Assembly: GCA_029856365.1 (NCBI GenBank)
Contig: JAHQWW010000104.1
Coordinates: 1 to 13,498, forward strand
Direction of reading: 5' to 3'
Length of the DNA stretch: 13,498 bases
From: Candidatus Hodarchaeota archaeon
GTDB taxonomy: Archaea > Asgardarchaeota > Heimdallarchaeia > Hodarchaeales > Hodarchaeaceae
A program made the position numbers and the translations under genes. Below, piece after piece: positions 6,493-13,498 of this stretch. Every line of letters begins with the position of its first letter. Position 1 is the stretch's first letter. The notes under the pieces were generated by a model. That model saw nothing but the letters and a program-made list of their open reading frames with translations, ran no database searches and was not told the origin of the DNA.

Positions 6493-8232
6493 GTGAAAAT
6501 ATTGAAGTCAAAAAAAGGAATTATTGCTCTGACTCTTCTTTTGATAGTGTGTACAATCCTACCTGTGACACCTAACGCAACAGCTAAACCTGCACAAGCC
6601 AGTACTACAGTAATCATTGGAACCTCAGATAAAATCATTAATTTGGATCCAGCAGATTGCTACGATTATTTCTCATCGAATATCCTTGTGCAAATTACTC
6701 ATGGATTAATGGAGATGCCTATTGATTCTACTGATGCTGAACCAGGTCCAATCTTGGAATCTTGGAAAGTCGATGCAACAGCAAAAGAATATACTTTTAA
6801 TCTTAAAGAAGATATAAAGTTCAGTGATGGCACTGATTTCAACGCAAGTGCGCTAAAATGGAACTTAGATCGCTCAATTGATTTGAATGGGGATCCTGGC
6901 TTTCTTCTCTCTGATGTTGTTAATACAGTAACGGAACTTAACGATACAGCCGTTAGAATAGACCTAAGTATAGCTGATGCCACTTTCCTTCAACGATTAA
7001 CATACACAGTCGCGTGGCCAGTCAGTCCTAACGGTCCATTAGCTGAAGGCACAATTTCAGGCGATCCAGACCATATACCACATGGATTGGGCCCCTATAT
7101 GGTTGATACTTGGACAAAAGACACTGAAATCATCTTAGTACCTAATCCACACTATTTTGGAACTGCCCCACAAAATGAGAAAGTAGTTATTAAGTTCTAC
7201 GCAAGTGCCTCAGCCTTACTTCTAGCACTTGAAAGCGCTGAAATTGATGTTGCTCACCGTATTTTCGGTCCTGACGAAATCAAAACTATTGAAGCAGATC
7301 CAGACCTGGCTCATGCCACTAAAGCAACAGCAGGTATTCGTTACTTGATGTTAAACTGTGATGTAGACGCCTCATACCCCTATCTGAATGATGTACTCGT
7401 TCGACGTGCAATTGCTGCAGCAGTTGACCGTTCTGAAATCTGTAGTGTCGTATATGACGATTATAACGAACCGTTATTCAGTATGGTTCCAGGAATATTC
7501 GAAAGCCACATTGATGCTTTCGCGGGACCAAATGAAGACCATGTCGAAGGTAACATGACAGCAGCGGGGTACTCAGAAACGAACAAATATGAAATTGACC
7601 TCTGGTACTCACCTTCACACTATGGAAGTACAGAAGCAGATGTTGCCCAGCTCCTTCAGGCCCAACTTATAGCAACGGGACTTTTCGATGTAGAACTCCA
7701 AGCAGCTGAATGGTCAGCCTATAAGGAAGGTTGGGGAATCATGCCGTTATTTTTACTTGGTTGGTGGTTCGATTATCCTGATCCAAGTAACTATATTACT
7801 CCATTTGTGGGTGGTGGTGCCTTCAGTCTTGGAACAAATTACTCATCTGTGGAGATGAATGGATACATTGATACTATGCTCAGCGATCCAGATCTTGAAA
7901 CCCGAAAAGAAGCGCAAATCGATGCCCAAGAACTAATGGCAATAGATTGCCCAGTCATTCCGCTTTTTACAATGTTATCTCAGTTCATTGCCCGACAACC
8001 TAATGTCGCTGGTGTGACCCTTGAACCTTCTGAAAATGTTCACTACAACTCAATTAAGGTTACAGAAGAGCCAGTAACAACTACAACTACAACTGCCACT
8101 GAAACTGAAACTGAAACTGAAACTACAACTAGCTCTGAAGAAGGTACTTCAGGATTTGAGTTGGTAGTTACCTTTGTGGCAATATTCATGACAGGAGTAA
8201 TTTTCATAACAAAAAAGAAAAGAAAAGCCTAA
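6493..8232 (+). CDS. dppA: Peptide/nickel ABC transporter substrate-binding protein (SBP family 5) with a C-terminal membrane anchor
   Basis: Signal peptide; NLDPA, YTFNLKEDIKFSDGTDFNA, GLGPY, VRRAIAAAVDR, GWWFDYPDP; Thr/Glu linker, then SGF + TM + KKKRK. The true start may be TTG at 6502, because AGGTGA (6491-6496) overlaps the GTG at 6493. Confidence 0.93.
   Translation: MKILKSKKGIIALTLLLIVCTILPVTPNATAKPAQASTTVIIGTSDKIINLDPADCYDYFSSNILVQITHGLMEMPIDSTDAEPGPILESWKVDATAKEYTFNLKEDIKFSDGTDFNASALKWNLDRSIDLNGDPGFLLSDVVNTVTELNDTAVRIDLSIADATFLQRLTYTVAWPVSPNGPLAEGTISGDPDHIPHGLGPYMVDTWTKDTEIILVPNPHYFGTAPQNEKVVIKFYASASALLLALESAEIDVAHRIFGPDEIKTIEADPDLAHATKATAGIRYLMLNCDVDASYPYLNDVLVRRAIAAAVDRSEICSVVYDDYNEPLFSMVPGIFESHIDAFAGPNEDHVEGNMTAAGYSETNKYEIDLWYSPSHYGSTEADVAQLLQAQLIATGLFDVELQAAEWSAYKEGWGIMPLFLLGWWFDYPDPSNYITPFVGGGAFSLGTNYSSVEMNGYIDTMLSDPDLETRKEAQIDAQELMAIDCPVIPLFTMLSQFIARQPNVAGVTLEPSENVHYNSIKVTEEPVTTTTTTATETETETETTTSSEEGTSGFELVVTFVAIFMTGVIFITKKKRKA
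8077..8130 (+). repeat. Coding hexamer tandem repeat (NNNACT)x9 encoding the Thr/Glu linker
   Basis: (ACAACT)3 GCCACT (GAAACT)4 ACAACT encodes TTTTTTATETETETETTT. Confidence 0.9.
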
Positions 8233-8244
8233 ATACAACATTTA

Positions 8245-8269
8245 TTCTTCTCTTTCCCCCTTTTTTTTT
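8245..8269 (+). terminator. Probable archaeal U-tract terminator after dppA
   Basis: 25-nt pyrimidine run TTCTTCTCTTTCCCCCTTTTTTTTT starting 12 nt after the stop codon. Confidence 0.6.
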
Positions 8270-8596
8270 ATTCTTAATACCCATTTAAACTCTAAATTAC
8301 CCTTTTAACTTAATTTCATTCTCTTCATGACGCAGCCTGAGATTTTTTGTGATATTAATAAACCTTGAAACACCCTTATCATATAGTATATACTACTTCT
8401 ACTAATCAGTTCACTGTTAAGGACTTAGATGAGGCTATTATTTAATATAAATTTAGATACTTCAATATATTTTTATAAATGATTCCAGAAAACCATGTCA
8501 AGAATATTTTCAAGAATCAGCGATGAATTTACGTTCCATCAGAAATAGGAATGAACATCCGATTGATAGATACTGGTTAGGAGACAATAAGTCAAA

Positions 8597-9613
8597 ATGA
8601 GTTCTTTACGATCTTTTATAATTTCTAGATTACTACTTCTGATACCAATGGTCTGGTTTTTATTAACAATCATTTTCATATTATTACGAGTTCTTCCTGG
8701 AGCCAACCCCATTGCTGTAATGAGTCCACAAATGCCTCCAGAACGTGCTAATGCAATTGCAGAAGAACTAGGTTTGAATAAACCAATACATGAACAATAT
8801 ATTGATTTTATTGGTAATATAATTACATTTAATCTTGGAAAATCTTATAATACTAATTTAGAAATCATTAAAGAACTTCAACTTGCTTTTGGTCCTACCC
8901 TTATGTTAGGAACTTTTGGTACTTTAATTGGTATTCCGTTAGGGATATTTTTAGGCAGTTATTCTGGTTATCATCGTGAGTGTAAACGAGATCATCTTAT
9001 TCGGATATTTTCAATTGGGGTCTACGCGATGCCTATATTTTTAGTGGGTACTTTAATGCAAATATTTATGTTGGAATATTTTCCAGGTTTTCCTATCGTA
9101 TCATTATTACCTGGAGGAGCAACTGGTGAATTTACACATTATACAGAGATCTGGTTGATTGATACTTTACTTAGTGGCCGTCCAGATTTGACTTTTAATT
9201 TATTTTTACATCTCGTTTTACCAAGTCTTGCCTTAGGAATGCTAATTGCTGGAACAATTAGTAGAATAGTTCGGACTAACATGATCTACCAACTAGAACA
9301 AGATTATGTTCACTTTGCACGTTCTAGAGGTATCCCCGAAGGTACAATCATATATAGGTATTCTTTAAAAAATGCTGCTGTACCGACTATCGGTATGATT
9401 GGTTTACAATTCGCCCTGTTATTGTCAGGTGCTATTTTAACTGAAACTACATTCAGTATTCCAGGATTGGGAAGATATATTTATTTTGCAATAATACAGA
9501 AGGATTTTCCAGCAGTGCAAGGAGCATTTATCATTCTAATAATCGTTGTTAGTGTAATCAGTTTATTTAGTGACGTTCTCTACGCAGTTTTGGATCCAAG
9601 AATAGAATACTGA
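8597..9613 (+). CDS. dppB: Peptide ABC transporter permease (DppB/OppB)
   Basis: LGLNKPIHEQY, NLGKSY, HLVLPSLAL, EAA-loop DYVHFARSRGI, ETTFSIPGLG, DFPAVQG, LDPRI. Confidence 0.95.
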   Translation: MSSLRSFIISRLLLLIPMVWFLLTIIFILLRVLPGANPIAVMSPQMPPERANAIAEELGLNKPIHEQYIDFIGNIITFNLGKSYNTNLEIIKELQLAFGPTLMLGTFGTLIGIPLGIFLGSYSGYHRECKRDHLIRIFSIGVYAMPIFLVGTLMQIFMLEYFPGFPIVSLLPGGATGEFTHYTEIWLIDTLLSGRPDLTFNLFLHLVLPSLALGMLIAGTISRIVRTNMIYQLEQDYVHFARSRGIPEGTIIYRYSLKNAAVPTIGMIGLQFALLLSGAILTETTFSIPGLGRYIYFAIIQKDFPAVQGAFIILIIVVSVISLFSDVLYAVLDPRIEY

Positions 9614-9621
9614 CCTCAGGT

Positions 9622-10569
9622 GTGAGAATTTTGACTACTTTAGTAACAGCTAAGCCAAAATTGAATATTAAAACCAAAATCGTTAATTTGTGGGTATTCA
9701 TTACTCGCAATAAGTCTTTGACAATAGGACTCCTCATTTTTAGTATAATGGTATTTCTTGCACTTTTTGCCGATATTATAGCCCCTTATAACTATGCAGA
9801 ACGAAATAGAAACTGTGGGGAGGAGAATCCCTATTGTAGATATGCTCCACCTTCAATACAGCACCCCTTCGGGACTAATTTATTGGGTCGTGATATGTTA
9901 TCTCGTATAATACATGGGTCACGTATCACGTTAATAATCGCTTTTTCTGGAACTTTACTTGCGATGATAGTTGGTATTCCGTTGGGAATCCTTTCAGGTT
10001 ATTTTGGCGGAAAAGTTGATCGTTTTCTTACCCTAATTGCTGATTCTATCTATTCATTACCCTCATTATTATTAGCTATTGCTCTAGCCTTATTTTTTGC
10101 TTCAACTGGCCTTTTCAAAACCATAGCACCAGTATCGATTGCTACAGCAGTTGTTTATATTCCAACATATTTTCGCGTAATTCGATCCCAAGTGTTACAA
10201 GTCAAAGAAGAAGCTTATGTTGAAGCAGCGAAATCATTAGGTGCTGGAAAATTAACAATATTACTAAGATATATTACTCCCAATGTTTTAGCCTCATCAA
10301 TTGCAATAATTCCATTTAATATGACCGATGCAATCCTTACAAACGCAGGTCTTGCCTATTTAGGTCTTGGGATTCAACCTCCAACCCCAGATTGGGGATA
10401 TGATATATACGATGCTAGGGAGCTCTCAAAAATACGGTTATATCCTTGGTTGATAATATTCCCAGGATTAATGATCTTTTTATTAGCTTTTGCCCTTTCA
10501 CTTGTAGGTGATGCTCTAAATGATAAATTCAATCCTCTTATTACTAAAATTAGGCTTGGGATAAAATGA
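9622..10569 (+). CDS. dppC: Peptide ABC transporter permease (DppC/OppC)
   Basis: PPSIQHPFGTNLLGRDMLSRIIHGSR, EAYVEAAKSLGA, GLAYLGLGIQPPTPDWG, GDALNDKFNP. The start may be TTG at 9631, after AGGTG at 9618-9622. Confidence 0.95.
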   Translation: MRILTTLVTAKPKLNIKTKIVNLWVFITRNKSLTIGLLIFSIMVFLALFADIIAPYNYAERNRNCGEENPYCRYAPPSIQHPFGTNLLGRDMLSRIIHGSRITLIIAFSGTLLAMIVGIPLGILSGYFGGKVDRFLTLIADSIYSLPSLLLAIALALFFASTGLFKTIAPVSIATAVVYIPTYFRVIRSQVLQVKEEAYVEAAKSLGAGKLTILLRYITPNVLASSIAIIPFNMTDAILTNAGLAYLGLGIQPPTPDWGYDIYDARELSKIRLYPWLIIFPGLMIFLLAFALSLVGDALNDKFNPLITKIRLGIK

Positions 10570-11567
10570 TTCGAAACAACCAACCTCTTCTAAAGGTACA
10601 TGATTTAGTGGTTGATTACCCCACAGACGAAGGGAACGTAAGAGCTGTCGATCACGTTTCTCTTGAACTCCCCAATGGCGAAGTTTTGGGAGTAGTTGGA
10701 GAATCTGGTTGTGGGAAAAGCACTCTTGGATTTTCATTACTACGTTTGTTAAAAGGGGGGATTATTCGTAAAGGTGAGATCATTTTTAATGGTCAGGATT
10801 TAGGAAAATTATCAGAGGAAAAAATGCAACGGTTACGAGGATCCGAAATATCAATGATTTTTCAAGCATCTCAAAATGCACTTAATCCATTATTAAAAGT
10901 TGAAAACCATTTCATTGATACATTAAAGAAACATAATCGCTGGAGCGAGGATTCTTGGAATGACGTTTTGCGACTTCTCAACCGCCTAGAAATTTCAAAG
11001 TCTAGATTAGCTGATTATCCCTTCCTATTCTCAGGTGGTATGCAACAGCGGATAGTAATTGCTCTAGCGTTGTTATTACACCCAAAATTAATCATTGCTG
11101 ATGAACCAACAACTGCTTTGGATGTTTTAGTACAAGCACGGACCTTAAAACTTTTTAAAGAACTTATAGAAGATTTTAATTTAACTGTTATTCTTATTAC
11201 CCATGATCTTGGGATTGTTGCAGAAATTACACAACGAGTGGCGATTATGTATGCGGGGCAACTCCTTGAGGTTGGTGATACCTTCACAATCTTTGAAAAA
11301 CCAGCACATCCATACACCCAAGCTTTGATTGCTGCTATTCCAAATGTTAAAGACGAAACAAAGAAAAAATTAGCACATATTCCAGGATTACCTCCAGATT
11401 TAAGAAATACTCCCAAAGGTTGCCGTTTTGCTGATCGTTGTTTATATGCCATCGACATTTGCAAAAGTGAAAACCCAGAGTTTGTAACACTTGCTTCAAA
11501 AAATAAAATTGAACACATTGTAAAATGTTTCAAGTATGATGACAGATACAACATCCGATTTAGATAA
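10566..11567 (+). CDS. dppD: Peptide ABC transporter ATP-binding protein (DppD/OppD)
   Basis: Walker A GESGCGKS, Q-loop IFQ, signature FSGGMQQR, Walker B IIADEPTTALD, ITHD, HPYT and a C-terminal 4-Cys domain. The reading frames overlap by 4 nt with dppC (ATGA). Confidence 0.95.
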   Translation: MIRNNQPLLKVHDLVVDYPTDEGNVRAVDHVSLELPNGEVLGVVGESGCGKSTLGFSLLRLLKGGIIRKGEIIFNGQDLGKLSEEKMQRLRGSEISMIFQASQNALNPLLKVENHFIDTLKKHNRWSEDSWNDVLRLLNRLEISKSRLADYPFLFSGGMQQRIVIALALLLHPKLIIADEPTTALDVLVQARTLKLFKELIEDFNLTVILITHDLGIVAEITQRVAIMYAGQLLEVGDTFTIFEKPAHPYTQALIAAIPNVKDETKKKLAHIPGLPPDLRNTPKGCRFADRCLYAIDICKSENPEFVTLASKNKIEHIVKCFKYDDRYNIRFR

Positions 11568-12987
11568 TTCCGTGATAAAAATGCAGTCAAAATCATCCAA
11601 CGAAGAAATCTTTCCATTATTAGAAGTCGCCAACCTGAAAAAATATTATCCAGTTGAACGTGGTTTCTTTCACCGTTTATTTTCAAAAAAAGATGAGTTC
11701 ATCCATGCTATCGATGATATCAGTTTTTCTGTTAAACGTGGAGAGATCTTTTGTCTTGTTGGTGAAAGTGGTTGTGGGAAAACCACTACTGCTAAGGTCA
11801 TTGTTGGCTTAGAAAACCCAACAGCTGGACAATTCATGTGGAAAGGGGAAAATATATCCTATAATGATTTGAAACCCAAAAAAGAAGATGTTAAATCACA
11901 AATAATATTTCAGAATCCTTATTCTTCATTGAGTCCGAGAATGAAGCTGGGAGATGCGGTACTCCATTCTTTAACTATTCATGATAAAATTACTGACTCA
12001 AATACGAAGAAAAGGTTACGTAATTCTATTTTTGCAGAAATGGGTTTATTTTTTAGTAGTTTTGTATCATTTTTTTTGCTTATTCTAGCTCTTTTGACTG
12101 AAGGTAACGCAGAACCTACATTACAAGGGTCAATTAATGGTCTCACTTACATTCTGTCACATATACCACAGATTTTTGGTTTGATGCTCTTTGATCCGTT
12201 GCAATTTTTAATTAATACAATATCCACAACATTAACATTGCCCATTAACCTAATAATAACATTCATACAAGAAATATTAAAGGGTGTAATTCCAATTGAT
12301 TATGTTGGCACAAGTGTATTAACAGCTTTAGTATTGTTTTCAATAGCCTTGCTTATCTATTTTTATCATTCGTGGTTTCAGAAACGAAAAATAACCGACC
12401 CACAAGTATTGGAATTATTTAACGAAATAGGTTTATCTCCTCCAATTCAATATTATTATAAATACCCCCATGAAGTCAGTGGCGGAGAACGACAACGCGT
12501 ATCTGTTGCACGTGCGATTATTTTAAATCCTGAACTTCTTATTGCTGACGAACCTACAAGTATGTTAGACGTCAGTCGACGTGCCGGTATACTTGATTCA
12601 CTAGAATCGTTACAACGGGCATACAACCTTGCTATTCTTTTCATTACACACGATTTAGCAACTGCAAGACATTTTGGAGATCGTATTGGAATTATGTATG
12701 TTGGTAAACTTGTTGAGAGGGGTGAGGTTGAGGAAATATTCAAGAGACCTCTTCACCCCTATACTATGGCTTTAATTGAAGCTATTCCAACTCCGATTCC
12801 TGGAGAAAAGAACTATGAACTTCCTAAAGGAGAAGTTGCTGATGCTATTAATCCCCCCTCTGGTTGTAGGTTTCACCCGCGCTGTCCATACGCTGATCCT
12901 TCTATTTGTAGCAAGGAAGAACCAGAATTAGTAGAACTTCATCCAAACCACTGGATAGCATGTCATTATCCATTGTCATATCAATAA
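11536..12987 (+). CDS. dppF: Peptide ABC transporter ATP-binding protein (DppF/OppF) with a ~130-aa hydrophobic insertion
   Basis: Walker A GESGCGKT, FQNPYSSLSPR, YPHEVSGGERQR, LIADEPTSMLD, ITHD, HPYT, GCRFHPRCP...IACH. Insert between about H149 and V291. The start may be ATG at 11581 (GTGAT upstream, no overlap with dppD). Confidence 0.92.
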   Translation: MMTDTTSDLDNSVIKMQSKSSNEEIFPLLEVANLKKYYPVERGFFHRLFSKKDEFIHAIDDISFSVKRGEIFCLVGESGCGKTTTAKVIVGLENPTAGQFMWKGENISYNDLKPKKEDVKSQIIFQNPYSSLSPRMKLGDAVLHSLTIHDKITDSNTKKRLRNSIFAEMGLFFSSFVSFFLLILALLTEGNAEPTLQGSINGLTYILSHIPQIFGLMLFDPLQFLINTISTTLTLPINLIITFIQEILKGVIPIDYVGTSVLTALVLFSIALLIYFYHSWFQKRKITDPQVLELFNEIGLSPPIQYYYKYPHEVSGGERQRVSVARAIILNPELLIADEPTSMLDVSRRAGILDSLESLQRAYNLAILFITHDLATARHFGDRIGIMYVGKLVERGEVEEIFKRPLHPYTMALIEAIPTPIPGEKNYELPKGEVADAINPPSGCRFHPRCPYADPSICSKEEPELVELHPNHWIACHYPLSYQ

Positions 12988-13071
12988 TAATTCTATTAAT
13001 TATCTTTAACCATTGGTTTAAAATACTTATTAGAGTAATAGTAAACTATATTTCTTTGATATACGGTAAAA

Positions 13072-13498
13072 TTAAGACAGATATTCTTCTCTTTCTAGTT
13101 TACTCATTATCTCTTTTGGTAGTGCAAAAAAACCAGTCAATATGAAAGCCAATGAAACAAGAAAGAGATCAAACCAAATAAAGTAGATATATCTAAGATC
13201 AGAAAAATGCCAAGGCGCCCAAGCTGCGTAGGTTAAGGATAACAAAGAAAAACCAATTGTCAACACCCAAGCAGATGATAATTTGAAATTTTTTCCGTAA
13301 GTATAGAAAAGATAGGCAATCAATATTGACATAGGAATGAATTCGCCGAACAGGAATCCGTACATAGTTTGTTCAATAGAATTTACATCTACAAAAAGTA
13401 CGAGTCGATAAAAGAACCAAATTTCACCAGCAAGAAGGATTATTAATGCTGGAGTATAAATTACCTTTTTATCCTCTGTAAACAGCATCATTGTACCA
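13072..13498 (-). CDS. Hypothetical multi-pass membrane protein, probably 5'-partial
   Basis: About four hydrophobic helices in the visible 139 aa. The frame stays open upstream of ATG 13491 to the window edge, so the real start may lie outside the window. Confidence 0.7.
   Translation of the reverse strand, partial: GTMMLFTEDKKVIYTPALIILLAGEIWFFYRLVLFVDVNSIEQTMYGFLFGEFIPMSILIAYLFYTYGKNFKLSSAWVLTIGFSLLSLTYAAWAPWHFSDLRYIYFIWFDLFLVSLAFILTGFFALPKEIMSKLEREEYLS

Noticed and set aside
8479-8549. Tiny ORFs upstream of dppB (15 and 17 codons) as leader peptides
   Set aside because: No SD, no informative codon bias; expected by chance.
11986-12399. DppF insert as an intein, intron or IS element
   Set aside because: No His-Asn/Cys-Ser-Thr splice junction, endonuclease or transposase motifs, or terminal inverted repeats; it is in frame and TM-like.
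6699-12743. - strand ORFs 6699-6983, 10374-10583, 10516-10737, 11015-11686 (223 aa) and 12456-12743
   Set aside because: Antisense to conserved ABC transporter genes, where long shadow frames are common; no independent motifs.
12960-13145. 61-aa hydrophobic + strand ORF
   Set aside because: Overlaps both dppF and the convergent membrane gene; its hydrophobicity is explained by AT-rich intergenic sequence.
13072-13498. Rhodopsin (helio- or schizorhodopsin) C-terminal half
   Set aside because: No retinal-binding Lys motif (DxxxK, SxxxK or FxxxK) within the last helix.

Overview
AT-rich prokaryotic window, most likely from an Asgard archaeon (Heimdallarchaeia/Hodarchaeales-like). This is an inference from the longin-like + Arf-like GTPase fusion, AGGTGA Shine-Dalgarno sites, TATA-like boxes, pyrimidine-tract terminators and an xGF-TM-basic C-terminal sorting signal. 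Left to right: an M3B oligoendopeptidase F cut by the window edge (- strand, absent from the ORF track); a divergent acyl-CoA dehydrogenase; a longin-like/Arf-like GTPase fusion with degenerate G3/G4 motifs; a HAD hydrolase (-); an unannotated 44-aa zinc-ribbon protein (-); a 2-TM small protein; an LMW phosphatase; a complete five-gene Dpp/Opp-type ABC importer; and a partial multi-TM protein (-). The most unusual feature is the second ABC ATPase (DppF-like), which has a ~130-aa hydrophobic, probably membrane-spanning insertion inside its helical subdomain, bounded by a repeated KITD. No rRNA, tRNA, CRISPR array or mobile element was recognised.
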